From: a virus
Reading direction: 5' to 3' (one strand)
DNA length: 64,000 bases
IMG/VR virus record: IMGVR_UViG_3300035670_000062
Location: 1-64,000 of that record
The notes below the pieces were generated by a model. It saw only the letters and a list, made by a program, of their open reading frames with translations, did no database searches and was not told the DNA's origin. A program made the position numbers and the translations under genes. This document shows, in pieces, positions 20,316 through 30,228 of this stretch (the first letter of the stretch is position 1; every line of letters begins with the position of its first letter).

Positions 20316-21104
20316 ATGGAAACATTAGTAAAAAGAGGTCGTCCAATAAAACAGAAAGAGTCTGTTAAGATTGAAAAAAAAGCTATTTCATTATTTAGAG
20401 GAAATGATTTATATTTCAATGAATCACTTTTTATACCATTTAAAACAAAAACTGAAATAGATTTAATTTTATCAACTGAAGGAGGTTTAATGCCTGGTAC
20501 ATCGATGATGTTAGCAGGTGGTCCTGGGTCAGGGAAATCCACGTTAGTAATGGACATGTTGTCTAAATTTACGATGCAAGGATTAAAATGTTTACTAATT
20601 CAAGGAGAAATGGATCAGATAGGACATTATAAATACTGTAAAAGAGTTCCTACATTTGGTTGCGTTCAGACATTATTTTTAAAGGACTATGTAGACAATG
20701 TAAAAGAAACTTTTGAGGAGGTTCTTGATTTAGGATACGATGTTATTGCAATTGATTCTATAGCTGAGGTTTTAGATATGTATAAAGATCAAAATGGAGG
20801 CACTATTAAACAAGCTGAATCTTGGTTTTTGAAATTACAAGACGAGGTTAAAAAAGGTAAAAATTCTAAAGGATATTATACGTCATTTATTAACATCCAA
20901 CAAATGACTAAATCAGATGAGTTTGCAGGAAGTAATCGTTTGAAACATATGATGGAAGCATTTGCTAAAGTTGAACGTAGTAGAGATGGACTTGAAAGAA
21001 CAATACATTTTGAAAAAAACAGAGACTGTGATAAAGATTTTAAAATCTATTTTTCAATATACAAAGATGGAGTACATTTTGCATTTAACCAAAATGAAGA
21101 ATAA
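20316..21104 (+). CDS. RadA/Sms-like RecA-fold ATPase
   Basis: GGLMPG, GGPGSGKST, IAIDSI, TKS.EFAGSNRLKH, KNR; N-terminal KRGRP. Confidence 0.85.
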   Translation: METLVKRGRPIKQKESVKIEKKAISLFRGNDLYFNESLFIPFKTKTEIDLILSTEGGLMPGTSMMLAGGPGSGKSTLVMDMLSKFTMQGLKCLLIQGEMDQIGHYKYCKRVPTFGCVQTLFLKDYVDNVKETFEEVLDLGYDVIAIDSIAEVLDMYKDQNGGTIKQAESWFLKLQDEVKKGKNSKGYYTSFINIQQMTKSDEFAGSNRLKHMMEAFAKVERSRDGLERTIHFEKNRDCDKDFKIYFSIYKDGVHFAFNQNEE

Positions 21105-21156
21105 AGAAAGTGGAGGAGTAATCCTCCTTCCATATATTTAACCAAAATTAAAAAAT

Positions 21157-21276
21157 ATGAGCTGCTCAGGAGGAAAATCAACAAAAAAAGGAAACTATAA
21201 TAAAGCGAATAATTTAAAGAAACCTACAGGATACACTGTAGATAAAAAAGGAAATATTAAACCAATATACAAATAA
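21157..21276 (+). CDS. Small basic peptide (39 aa)
   Basis: MSCSGGKSTKKG...PIYK*, fills the intergenic gap. Confidence 0.5.
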   Translation: MSCSGGKSTKKGNYNKANNLKKPTGYTVDKKGNIKPIYK

Positions 21277-21282
21277 AACGTT

Positions 21283-22092
21283 ATGAAGTACAAATTTATC
21301 CCCGTCGATAACAATATCGATAAAGCGATAGCATTCGCTAACACACTAGATTCAAATAACATTAAAAATGTTCAACGAATCAAACAAAAACCATTTTATA
21401 TCGAAACGTTAGATATAGTTGAAATGCTACAAAACGAAGGTTTTAAATTAAAAGGCGTAGCTGAACAAAGAGGTAAAAGTAAAAAAATTGATTCGCATTA
21501 TCTTGATTTGCATCATCCTGATTTTAAAATGTATGATAGAAAAGGTAATATCGAATCATTGTTTACTGTTAAACTATCAAACAGTACAAGCGGTAACACA
21601 GCGCTTGAAATTCAACCAGGAGCGTTTCGTTATGTTTGCGTAAACAATATGATGCATCGCGATTATGCTGTAGCTAAAGTTAAACATACTGAAGTTGATT
21701 ATAATAAGATTCCGCAAATCATTGCTCAAGTAGTTAATCAAGCTGATATGTATTTAGATTCGTTTAGAAACTTTAAAAATATTATATTAACGCATGAACA
21801 AGCTAATGCTCTTGCTAGAGATGCATATCGAATTAAATTTGATAGTACATTTGATTTGAATAGAGCAGATTATGTTGATTTTTTAAGAAATGCTCAAGTT
21901 GATACTAAGCAAGAAGAAAAAGTATTGCAATTACTTAAAGTTAATCGTGTTGAAGATGAAGGTAACGATTTATGGGCGGTATTCAACAGAATACAAGAAA
22001 ACTTAACAGCTGATGTTCGTAACTTTAAAACAGATATTAAATTAAACCAACAACTATTCAGCTTAGCTGATCAATATGTTTTAGCTGTTTAA
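21283..22092 (+). CDS. DUF932/DUF945-family protein
   Basis: LSNSTSG, GAFRYVCVN, R.EDEGNDLWAVFNRIQE, N.QLF.LA. Confidence 0.8.
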   Translation: MKYKFIPVDNNIDKAIAFANTLDSNNIKNVQRIKQKPFYIETLDIVEMLQNEGFKLKGVAEQRGKSKKIDSHYLDLHHPDFKMYDRKGNIESLFTVKLSNSTSGNTALEIQPGAFRYVCVNNMMHRDYAVAKVKHTEVDYNKIPQIIAQVVNQADMYLDSFRNFKNIILTHEQANALARDAYRIKFDSTFDLNRADYVDFLRNAQVDTKQEEKVLQLLKVNRVEDEGNDLWAVFNRIQENLTADVRNFKTDIKLNQQLFSLADQYVLAV

Positions 22093-22130
22093 AAATTATT
22101 TTTTTATATATTTATAATAAATTTAATTAA

Positions 22131-22613
22131 ATGGCTAAAATTGTAATATTAAGCTGTACTAAGTCGAAACTAGATAAACCATCACAAGCACAAGAATTAT
22201 ACTCAGCCTCTCCTACTTTTCAGAAGACATTGGAATATGGTAAATCATTAAGTCCAGATAAAATGTTTATCTTATCTGCAAAGCATCATTTAGTACCTTT
22301 AGATAAAGTATTATCACCATATGATTTGACATTAAAAGAAATACCTAAAGAAGAAAAGACAAAATGGGGTATAGAAGTTATAAAACAAATGAAATCTAAA
22401 GGTATAAATCCTGAAAAAGATAAATTTGTATTTTTGACAGGTACTGAATATATGAAACCACTACAAGAATATATTCCTGAGTCTAACATTGAAACTCCAT
22501 TAGAGGGTAAACGTATGGGAGAAAGAATGAAATGGCTTAATACTCAAATTAATAAGTTAAATGAAGTGTTTAAAAAAATAAAACAAATGATATATGAAAG
22601 TATCAAAAGATAA
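22131..22613 (+). CDS. DUF6884-like protein
   Basis: ILSCTKSK, AQELY, ILSAKHHLV, PYDLTL, PLEG.RMGER. Confidence 0.7.
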   Translation: MAKIVILSCTKSKLDKPSQAQELYSASPTFQKTLEYGKSLSPDKMFILSAKHHLVPLDKVLSPYDLTLKEIPKEEKTKWGIEVIKQMKSKGINPEKDKFVFLTGTEYMKPLQEYIPESNIETPLEGKRMGERMKWLNTQINKLNEVFKKIKQMIYESIKR

Positions 22614-22824
22614 ACTACAAGAAATGATAACTTTATATTTAAACGATATAGAGGATTATGGGACTAGTAAAGAATTTTTATTAGCAGAGTCAACATTGTC
22701 TCCTTATAAACAACTCATAACTGAAAATAAAAAGCCAGTTAATGAATTAATAAAAGAAATGATTAGTAGTTCTGGAGATTCTGTGGTTATTGCTGATTTT
22801 TTAGATTATATAAGAGAAATATAG
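22594..22824 (+). CDS. Hypothetical protein
   Basis: ORF track. Confidence 0.6.
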   Translation: MKVSKDKLQEMITLYLNDIEDYGTSKEFLLAESTLSPYKQLITENKKPVNELIKEMISSSGDSVVIADFLDYIREI

Positions 22825-22850
22825 TATATTAAAACTTTTCTTACAAAATG

Positions 22851-22882
22851 TTTGGCTCCCCAAGGAGCCATTCGTATTTTTA
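22851..22882 (+). promoter_or_regulatory. Promoter with TGGCTCC-N4-GGAGCCA inverted repeat
   Basis: Repeated motif. Confidence 0.7.
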
Positions 22883-22901
22883 TATCATAATAAAAAATAA
22901 C

Positions 22902-23198
22902 ATGAATATAAATGAATTAATATTATTAACAAAAGATATATCTATTGAAGTAGCTAAACTTCATTCAATGATAGGATGTGGGCAAAGATGTATTCAAAAT
23001 TTTATAAATGAGAATAATCTTAATGGTGTTGAAATAATTGAATATTTGATAAAAAATCCCAAAAGTAAATTAGATATTAAATGTTTTATTACTAATAGTA
23101 AATGTATTTCAAAGAGAGAAATAAAATTAAGAAAAAAATTTTTAACCAAATTTAAAAATAAAAGTTATGATACAAAAGGGTATAGCTTTAGTTGCTAA
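22902..23198 (+). CDS. Hypothetical protein
   Basis: ORF; start moved downstream of the promoter. Confidence 0.55.
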   Translation: MNINELILLTKDISIEVAKLHSMIGCGQRCIQNFINENNLNGVEIIEYLIKNPKSKLDIKCFITNSKCISKREIKLRKKFLTKFKNKSYDTKGYSFSC

Positions 23199-23422
23199 AA
23201 ATGTTTATAAGATGAATAGTTAGGAACTAATATTCTTGTTATTGGTAAAGAATATGTTGTAGATTACATTGAGGGAGGAAAATATTTCTCATAACTGAAA
23301 TAGATGTTGATCATGTTTTTAGCTTAATAAAGGGTAAATCAAGCTATTTTAAGAAATTTTTTGATGAAAAAAATCATAATTTATTAAATTCTTTTAAAAA
23401 TGAACAAAATAGATACATATAA
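23167..23422 (+). pseudogene. Frameshifted small gene remnant
   Basis: Typical AAAGTTATG start, then protein-like pieces in shifted frames (LVIGKEYVV; EIDVDHVFS) broken by stops. Confidence 0.4.
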
Positions 23423-23591
23423 TCATATTATTAAATGTTTAGAAAGTGTAAATAATATTATTCAATTAGAAGCAATTTATAATATGATAAATAATTATAT
23501 TAATAAATTTGGTCATGATGAATTTATTGTAGAAGTTGAATGTAAACTTTTGAAATTTTTAGATGGTCATACATCAGATTATATTATATAA
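23400..23591 (+). CDS. Hypothetical protein
   Basis: ORF track. Confidence 0.6.
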   Translation: MNKIDTYNHIIKCLESVNNIIQLEAIYNMINNYINKFGHDEFIVEVECKLLKFLDGHTSDYII

Positions 23592-23603
23592 TGTAAATAA
23601 ACA

Positions 23604-23996
23604 ATGAAAGAGAGAATTAAAAATGAGATTATAAAAATTGCAGGTAAGAATACCACTTTTTTAGAGTCTAAAAAATCAATTGAAAAAAGGGAGAAAAAAT
23701 TATTCATTGAAATGTTAGATGAATTAAGAAAACTCCAAACATTAAGTGATAATCTAATGGAAGATTATGGAATTAATTTATTCATATATGAACAGATTTA
23801 TTGGGATGTTATAGTGAAGCTAATAATTAATAAGTATGGAGATGATGTTGGGTTGGTAATGGTTTGGTGGGCTTGTGATGTATTAGATCCAAAAAGTGAT
23901 GAAAATATTATTATGGATATTGATACAGAAGAAAAATTCATAGTTAAATCCCCTTCTCAAGTATATAATGCTCTTAAAAAACTTAAAAAAATATAA
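23604..23996 (+). CDS. Hypothetical protein
   Basis: ORF track. Confidence 0.65.
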   Translation: MKERIKNEIIKIAGKNTTFLESKKSIEKREKKLFIEMLDELRKLQTLSDNLMEDYGINLFIYEQIYWDVIVKLIINKYGDDVGLVMVWWACDVLDPKSDENIIMDIDTEEKFIVKSPSQVYNALKKLKKI

Positions 23997-23999
23997 GTT

Positions 24000-24239
24000 A
24001 TGTTATTTGAAATAGATTTTAATAGGGAAGTTGATGATAAATTTTTAGAAAGTATTGGTGCTAAATGGTATGAAACGGGTAGTACAAAATACGCGCCTTT
24101 CGAAATATTAAAAATAGAAATAAATTCTTTTGATGAGTTAGAAGAAATACTTAAAAAAGTAGACAAGGAGAAAGAAGGGATGTATAGTGCTATAGTTAGT
24201 TTTGATCCACCTTGTATATTCTTAGATAAAGAAGTTTGA
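24000..24239 (+). CDS. Hypothetical protein
   Basis: ORF track. Confidence 0.65.
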   Translation: MLFEIDFNREVDDKFLESIGAKWYETGSTKYAPFEILKIEINSFDELEEILKKVDKEKEGMYSAIVSFDPPCIFLDKEV

Positions 24240-24241
24240 TT

Positions 24242-24349
24242 ATGGGTACATTTGAAATAATAATGATGGTAATTTTCTCACTAATATTTTTCGTCCCAAT
24301 ATTATTTGGTGATAAGAATGATGATGGGGAAGATGATATAATGGGTTAA
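24242..24349 (+). CDS. Small single-TM peptide (35 aa)
   Basis: ATG..TAA, hydrophobic helix plus acidic tail. Confidence 0.45.
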   Translation: MGTFEIIMMVIFSLIFFVPILFGDKNDDGEDDIMG

Positions 24350-24372
24350 AAACATAGAAAAAAATAAAAAAT

Positions 24373-24726
24373 ATGGATAGAATAGAAATAAATGGAATAT
24401 GGTATGTTCGGGAAGACATGTCTACTAATGTAGAAATTGCTAATGAAGTAACTATTTTTGAAGGTGCAGTTTGGGAAGATGATATGTGGTGTTTTGAAGC
24501 TGCTAGGATAAAGAAGGAAGATGGGAGTTTCTATGATGGTTTCAGTATTGATGTTTTAAATAAAAAAACGGAAAAAAAAGACTATATTGATAATATGTTT
24601 TATATGGATGGATTAATAGAAGGATTAGATGAATCTATTAAAGATGCTAAAATATATTTAGATGATAGAGGAATAAATAGTTTAATATCATTTATAAAAT
24701 ATTTAAAAAACGAAGGGTGGTCATGA
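24373..24726 (+). CDS. Hypothetical protein
   Basis: ORF track. Confidence 0.65.
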   Translation: MDRIEINGIWYVREDMSTNVEIANEVTIFEGAVWEDDMWCFEAARIKKEDGSFYDGFSIDVLNKKTEKKDYIDNMFYMDGLIEGLDESIKDAKIYLDDRGINSLISFIKYLKNEGWS

Positions 24727-25658
24727 ATAAATTAGATAAAGATTATCAAAATCTTGTAAAAGATATACTAGAAAATGGTGTGATTAAATCAGATCGCACG
24801 GGAACGGGTACAATAAGTCTATTTGGTAAACAAATTAGACATAAAATGAGTGATGGTTTTCCTTTACTTACAACTAAAAAGATGCCATTTAAAACAATTG
24901 TAACTGAGCTTCTTTGGTTTCTCCGTGGAGATTCAGATATTCGTTTTTTATGGAAAAATAATTGCCATATTTGGAATGGAGATTGGTATAAACAATATTC
25001 AAAATCTTGTTCAAATCCTTATTCATTAGAAGAAATGATTAAGTTTGGATTAGAATGGGAACAAAACTCAAGAAATTTTCATAGGTCTATTTGGGATTTA
25101 GGTCCTATCTATGGTCGTCAGTGGAGAAATTGGGATGCTATTTTTGATGGAGGAATAGATCAAATCACAAACCTAATCAACGACCTTAAAACAAATCCAG
25201 ACTCAAGGAGATTAATAGTCTCAGCTTGGAATGTAAGTGAATTAGATAAAATGATTCTTCCTCCTTGTCATAATTTTTTTCAAATGTACTCTATTGAAAA
25301 AGAAGGAAAACGTTATTTAAGCATTATGGTTAATATCAGGTCTAATGATATACCTTTAGGATTACCATTTAATATAGCAAGTTATGGTTTACTACTTGAA
25401 ATTATAGCTAAAGAAGTAAACATGATTTCAGATGAACTTATAATTAATATAGGAGATGCTCATATTTATTTAAATCAAATAGAAGGAATTAAAGAACAAT
25501 TAAATAGAGAACCATTCCAATTACCTAAATTAAAAATTAAACAACATTCTATTGATGAACCAAGTCCCTTAACAAAACCCCAATATTGGTATCCTGAGGA
25601 TTTTGTAGTTGGAAATTACCAATCTCATCCTACTATTAAACTTCCCTTATCAAATTAA
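24723..25658 (+). CDS. thyA: Thymidylate synthase
   Basis: DRTGTGT, FPLLTTKK, ELLWF, GPIYGRQWR, SRR, LPPCH, RSND.PLGLPFN, DAHIY. Confidence 0.97.
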   Translation: MNKLDKDYQNLVKDILENGVIKSDRTGTGTISLFGKQIRHKMSDGFPLLTTKKMPFKTIVTELLWFLRGDSDIRFLWKNNCHIWNGDWYKQYSKSCSNPYSLEEMIKFGLEWEQNSRNFHRSIWDLGPIYGRQWRNWDAIFDGGIDQITNLINDLKTNPDSRRLIVSAWNVSELDKMILPPCHNFFQMYSIEKEGKRYLSIMVNIRSNDIPLGLPFNIASYGLLLEIIAKEVNMISDELIINIGDAHIYLNQIEGIKEQLNREPFQLPKLKIKQHSIDEPSPLTKPQYWYPEDFVVGNYQSHPTIKLPLSN

Positions 25659-25675
25659 AAATAAATGGGGATTTG

Positions 25676-25707
25676 TTTGGTTGTTCAAAAAATGATTCGT
25701 ATCTTTA
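25676..25707 (+). promoter_or_regulatory. Early-type promoter
   Basis: TTTG-N20-TATCTTTA. Confidence 0.7.
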
Positions 25708-25737
25708 TAATATAAGAAACAAATAAAAATAAAAGTT

Positions 25738-25959
25738 ATGACAATATTTAATGGTGATATTTATGATTTAGGTCAAACTATAAATGGTGTATCTAAATTT
25801 ATATTCTTCAATGATAAATGGCATTACTACAGTCAGAATATTACAAGAGAATATGAATACTCTCAAGAAGAATTAACTAATCTTATTCATCAAGATAAAT
25901 TAGATGGATGGGATGAGGTTACATTTTTAGGAAATATTTTTTCATATATAAATGATTAA
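25738..25959 (+). CDS. Hypothetical protein
   Basis: ORF with promoter. Confidence 0.65.
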   Translation: MTIFNGDIYDLGQTINGVSKFIFFNDKWHYYSQNITREYEYSQEELTNLIHQDKLDGWDEVTFLGNIFSYIND

Positions 25960-26375
25960 TGAATATGAGTAATAAAAAAATTCCATTAAGTTATACTATT
26001 TTATATGCTAAAGGTTGGTATGAAAAGAGTGACAATCTTATAGAAGATTTAAAAGAAACATTAAGATTGGATGACTATACTCCATTTAGTAAAAATGATG
26101 TCCTTTCTATTCTTATTAGGAATTACCAAGAATATTCAAAAAAAGAACTTATAGATATTATATCTACAATACATCCTGATAATGTATGGAAAGTTAGTTA
26201 TCCTGGGGATAAAGAATGGGATTTATATGATGCTGTAGTGTATTATATTTTATCATACTTTAGGTTTTTAAATAATAATGAATGGGAAATTAAAACTCCT
26301 AATTATAGAGGTAAATTAAAGAGAAACCCAGATATAGAAGTAAAAACAATAATTAAATATTTTAATAATAAATAA
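25959..26375 (+). CDS. Hypothetical protein
   Basis: ORF track. Confidence 0.65.
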   Translation: MNMSNKKIPLSYTILYAKGWYEKSDNLIEDLKETLRLDDYTPFSKNDVLSILIRNYQEYSKKELIDIISTIHPDNVWKVSYPGDKEWDLYDAVVYYILSYFRFLNNNEWEIKTPNYRGKLKRNPDIEVKTIIKYFNNK

Positions 26376-26376
26376 T

Positions 26377-27717
26377 ATGAAATTAGAAATTTTAGAAAAC
26401 AGTAAAAATTATACATGCTCAGTTGTAGAAATACGAGATGTATTTGACATTGAAGGAGCAGATAACATTAAGAGAACTATTGTAAATGGTAATACAGTAG
26501 TCATACCTAAATCAGTTAATATAGGCGATAAAATGCTATATTTTGTGTCGGGTACTAAATTATCACATGATTATTGTCATAAAAATAATTTATACGATAA
26601 GAGTGAGGAAAACTATGATAATACTAAAAAAGGTTTTATCTCATTTAAAAATAAAAGAGTAAAAGCAATTAAACTCAGAGGTATTATCTCAGATGGTATG
26701 TTAATGAGTTTAGATTCATTATTACCATTTATTGAAAAAGGAAACATTTTTTCATTAAAAGTAGGAGATGAATTTAATACTATTAATGGTAATATATTAT
26801 GTGAAAAATATATTGTTGTTGAAAAAAATTCAGGGTTAAGTAATAAGTCTCAAAAAACAAAAACTCCTAAAATATCTAGATTAGTTGACAATCAATTTCA
26901 TTTTCATAATGACACTTCTAATCTTAGAAAAAATATACATAAGATAGATCCTAATGACACTATTAGTATTCATTATAAAAAACATGGTACTAGTTTTGTT
27001 GCAGGAAATATTTTAGTAAAAAAGAATTTAAAATGGTATGAAAAGTTCCTACAAAAACTAGGAGTAAATATTGTAGATACTGAATATGATGTTGTTTATT
27101 CTTCAAGGAAAGTAGTTAAAAATCAACATTTAAATTCTAATACTGAGCATTTCTATCAAGATGATATTTGGGGGTTGGTTACGAAGGATATTAAACATTT
27201 AATACCTAAGAATTGGACATTATATGGTGAGATAGTAGGATACACTCCATGGGGTTCACCCATACAAGGTAAATATGATTATGGTTGCAAACCAGGAGAA
27301 TATAAAACTTACATATATAAAATATCTATTGTTAATCCTGATGGTAAAGTTATTTATCTAACTGATAAACAAATTCAGGAATGGTGTGATAAAGTAGGAT
27401 TATTATATTCAGATACCTTTATTTATTATGGTACTATAGATAGTTTATTTGAAAGTATGGAATTTAATGATTGGGATGCTTTGCATAGGGAAGTAGAAAG
27501 AGATACTTGGCAGGAAACATTATTAGATTATTTAGAATATAAATACAATGAAAAAGACTGTTACATGTGTATAAATAAAGTTCCAGAAGAAGGTATTATT
27601 CTTAGAGTTGAAAAATTTGAGGAATATGAAGCATACAAACTTAAATCCAAAAGATTTACTCTGATGGAATCAGATGAACAAGAAAATGGAGTAAGTAATA
27701 TTGAGGATAATAACTAA
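26377..27717 (+). CDS. RNA ligase (Rnl2/DRB0094-like) with N-terminal OB/tRNA-binding-like domain
   Basis: IEGADNI, RVKAIKLRG.ISDG, motif I KKHGTS, SSR, YGEIVG, EEGIILR, KLKS. Confidence 0.85.
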   Translation: MKLEILENSKNYTCSVVEIRDVFDIEGADNIKRTIVNGNTVVIPKSVNIGDKMLYFVSGTKLSHDYCHKNNLYDKSEENYDNTKKGFISFKNKRVKAIKLRGIISDGMLMSLDSLLPFIEKGNIFSLKVGDEFNTINGNILCEKYIVVEKNSGLSNKSQKTKTPKISRLVDNQFHFHNDTSNLRKNIHKIDPNDTISIHYKKHGTSFVAGNILVKKNLKWYEKFLQKLGVNIVDTEYDVVYSSRKVVKNQHLNSNTEHFYQDDIWGLVTKDIKHLIPKNWTLYGEIVGYTPWGSPIQGKYDYGCKPGEYKTYIYKISIVNPDGKVIYLTDKQIQEWCDKVGLLYSDTFIYYGTIDSLFESMEFNDWDALHREVERDTWQETLLDYLEYKYNEKDCYMCINKVPEEGIILRVEKFEEYEAYKLKSKRFTLMESDEQENGVSNIEDNN

Positions 27718-27732
27718 TTAAAACATAGGAAA

Positions 27733-27984
27733 ATGAATGTAGAAGATATTATAGCTAAAAATGATTTTATTATCACTAAGTATTGGAAAGAAGGATTAAA
27801 ATTTGTAAAAGAGAAAAAATGGGATGAAGCTCAAGATTGTTTTGATATGGGGATAGCTATTATTTCATTTTTATCTTTGAATAATGGAGTCAAAGATGAT
27901 GATGTATTAGAAAAAGTGAAAAAAGAAGTTTGGTTACAGAGGTTTTGGGTATTAGGATTAGAAAATAATAATTTATTACTTTAA
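27733..27984 (+). CDS. Hypothetical protein
   Basis: ORF track. Confidence 0.6.
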   Translation: MNVEDIIAKNDFIITKYWKEGLKFVKEKKWDEAQDCFDMGIAIISFLSLNNGVKDDDVLEKVKKEVWLQRFWVLGLENNNLLL

Positions 27985-27986
27985 TT

Positions 27987-28433
27987 ATGAGTGAAAATAA
28001 AAAATACTTTATTCTTTTATTTGTTATTATGATTGGATTCATATTTACAAATACATCTACTAAAAATGTTTATTATAATGATAAACTTATAACTCAAGAA
28101 TCTATTGGAGATTCCTTAACATTAGATAATATTCGAGATTATATATTAGTAATAGGTATAAAAAAGCCTGACATAGTATTAAGGCAAGCTATTTTAGAAA
28201 CTGGGTGGATGAAATGTAAAAATTGTAGTTTAGATTATAATAATTTATTTGGTTTTAGATATCGTAAAAAGTATATTAAATTTAATCATTGGAAAGAATC
28301 TGTTCATTATTATGCTAATTGGCAATATTATAAAGGATATGTTGAAGGAGATGATTATTATGAATGGTTGGAAAATATTGGATATGCTGAAGATATTAAT
28401 TATAAAGTTAAATTAGAATCTGTAAAATTATGA
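27987..28433 (+). CDS. Glucosaminidase-family peptidoglycan hydrolase with N-terminal TM anchor
   Basis: QAILETGW, NNLFG, GYAED..Y. Confidence 0.8.
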   Translation: MSENKKYFILLFVIMIGFIFTNTSTKNVYYNDKLITQESIGDSLTLDNIRDYILVIGIKKPDIVLRQAILETGWMKCKNCSLDYNNLFGFRYRKKYIKFNHWKESVHYYANWQYYKGYVEGDDYYEWLENIGYAEDINYKVKLESVKL

Positions 28434-28636
28434 GGTATTTATATAATCATAATGATATATTATATATGGTAATTGAATCTAGATTCTGTCATAATTTTAA
28501 GGATTTAGAAGAAGTTAAAAAGTATAAGGAAATTATTGAAGTAGACCATGTATTAAAAACAAATTCTAAATACTTATTTTGTCTAAAAATAGAAGATGCT
28601 GAGGTTGTTGATAATATAGAAAATATCTCGGAATAA
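28430..28636 (+). CDS. Hypothetical protein
   Basis: ORF track. Confidence 0.55.
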   Translation: MRYLYNHNDILYMVIESRFCHNFKDLEEVKKYKEIIEVDHVLKTNSKYLFCLKIEDAEVVDNIENISE

Positions 28637-28652
28637 TAATATTTATTATAAA

Positions 28653-28880
28653 ATGAGTTTCCCTATTTCATTCGAAAATTTTAAAAATTCTCCAACTACC
28701 GCATTAGCGTTTTTATTATTGATTGTTGTTGGGTATTTATATGTTGATAATAAATTAGTATATAAAGATACTATATTAGAACATAAACAAAGAATTGAAA
28801 AAATTGAGAATGATAATAAAGAATTAGAAAATAAAATAGAAGTTTTAAATCAAAAATTAATCCAATGCTTAAATACTTAA
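28653..28880 (+). CDS. TM + coiled-coil protein
   Basis: Hydrophobic helix then heptads; TATTTAT motif upstream. Confidence 0.6.
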   Translation: MSFPISFENFKNSPTTALAFLLLIVVGYLYVDNKLVYKDTILEHKQRIEKIENDNKELENKIEVLNQKLIQCLNT

Positions 28881-29182
28881 CTCTTATACTAATAATATTA
28901 GCTTTAATATTCATTAACTTATATTATTCAGACACCAAACAATTATATACATATAGATCTAACAAATCCTCAGTTTTATCACAGTCTGATAGTTTAATTG
29001 CTAATTTTGAAGTTGACATTAGAGCTAAAACTTTATATAATGATAGTTTAATTAATGTAATTTCAAATAAAGATAAAAAAATAGAAGAATTAAATGGAAT
29101 TATTAAAGATTTAAAATACTTAATTAAAATAAATAACAAACCTAAAAAAATAGAAATAATTCATGATGATATAGATATGTAA
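28865..29182 (+). CDS. Signal-anchored coiled-coil protein
   Basis: N-terminal TM. Confidence 0.6.
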   Translation: MLKYLTLILIILALIFINLYYSDTKQLYTYRSNKSSVLSQSDSLIANFEVDIRAKTLYNDSLINVISNKDKKIEELNGIIKDLKYLIKINNKPKKIEIIHDDIDM

Positions 29183-29200
29183 ATCATATCTAGTAAAATG

Positions 29201-29232
29201 TTTGGCTATATGAATTATTATTCGTATCTTTA
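29201..29232 (+). promoter_or_regulatory. Early-type promoter
   Basis: TTTG-N20-TATCTTTA. Confidence 0.7.
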
Positions 29233-29260
29233 TGTTATAAGAAATTAAAAAAAAATAATT

Positions 29261-29458
29261 ATGAAAAACAGATTATCATTAGAGGAAGAAAAGTATTTAA
29301 ATAAATTAAATAGAATGAATGCTTTAGAAATTATTGATGAAGAAGCTATAAAATGTATTGATATCATTTATATAGAAGATGAAGAAGATTACATGATTAT
29401 AGAGAAACAAATTGCAATGATTGACGCTGTTCTTAAAGCTAGAATGATTAAAAATTAA
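29261..29458 (+). CDS. Hypothetical protein
   Basis: ORF with promoter. Confidence 0.6.
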   Translation: MKNRLSLEEEKYLNKLNRMNALEIIDEEAIKCIDIIYIEDEEDYMIIEKQIAMIDAVLKARMIKN

Positions 29459-29463
29459 TAATT

Positions 29464-29559
29464 ATGTTACCTTTTCAAATTATACTTATATTCCTTGTAA
29501 CTTATGTAGTTGGGATTATAATATTAGAGAAAGAAAAAAAGGATGAAAATAAGCATTAA
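29464..29559 (+). CDS. Small single-TM peptide (31 aa)
   Basis: ATG..TAA, hydrophobic. Confidence 0.4.
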   Translation: MLPFQIILIFLVTYVVGIIILEKEKKDENKH

Positions 29560-29563
29560 AATG

Positions 29564-29595
29564 TTTGGTTATTTAGAAAAATATTCGTATCTTTA
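29564..29595 (+). promoter_or_regulatory. Early-type promoter
   Basis: TTTG-N20-TATCTTTA. Confidence 0.7.
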
Positions 29596-29635
29596 TATCA
29601 CACGATTAAATAATAAATAAAAAAAAATAAAAGTT

Positions 29636-29821
29636 ATGAAAAAACAAGAAAAACAAAATTTGTTAGTTACATTAAATGGTTTAGAAAGAAAAAATAAATT
29701 TAACTCAACTTGGGATAATAGAGTAAAAATGTGTTTCGATAAATCAGGTTCATATAGTTTTGAAGAATTAATATCAAAAGATTTCAATTCAGCAAAACAA
29801 TTAGTATTAATGTTTAAATAA
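29636..29821 (+). CDS. Hypothetical protein
   Basis: AAAGTTATG start. Confidence 0.6.
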   Translation: MKKQEKQNLLVTLNGLERKNKFNSTWDNRVKMCFDKSGSYSFEELISKDFNSAKQLVLMFK

Positions 29822-29829
29822 TAAATTAT

Positions 29830-30045
29830 ATGAGTGATTTTTATAAAAATATTCTTGAATTTCAAGATAAAAGAGTTTCAAAACTTTGTGTAACTTTTGG
29901 TATAACTAAAGGTTATTTAGATATGTTGATGAGTCAAGATAAAATCTCTAAAAAAGATGTTGAAGTTCTAATTAACAGAATGGAAAAACTTTGGGGACAA
30001 ATTCAAGATTCAAAACTTGATAAGATACAAATGGAATTACTGTAA
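29830..30045 (+). CDS. Hypothetical protein
   Basis: ORF track. Confidence 0.6.
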   Translation: MSDFYKNILEFQDKRVSKLCVTFGITKGYLDMLMSQDKISKKDVEVLINRMEKLWGQIQDSKLDKIQMELL

Positions 30046-30052
30046 ATTCCTT

Positions 30053-30126
30053 GGACTCGTAGCTCAGGTGGTTAGAGCAAGAAACTCATAATTTCGAGGT
30101 CGGGAGTTCGAATCTCTCCGGGTCCA
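30053..30126 (+). tRNA. tRNA with CAT anticodon (Ile2 or elongator Met)
   Basis: Cloverleaf, GGACTCG/CGGGTCC acceptor, CT-CAT-AA loop, GTTCGAAT. Confidence 0.9.
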
Positions 30127-30147
30127 CTACATATTTATAAGATATAT

Positions 30148-30218
30148 CGCGGTTTGGTGTAATTGGTAGCATTCAGGGCTCATAACCCAGAGGCCAGGTT
30201 CGAGTCCTGAATCCGCAA
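30148..30218 (+). tRNA. tRNA-fMet(CAT)
   Basis: C1:A72 mismatch, GGG/CCC anticodon stem. Confidence 0.9.
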
Positions 30219-30228
30219 CTAAAAATAA

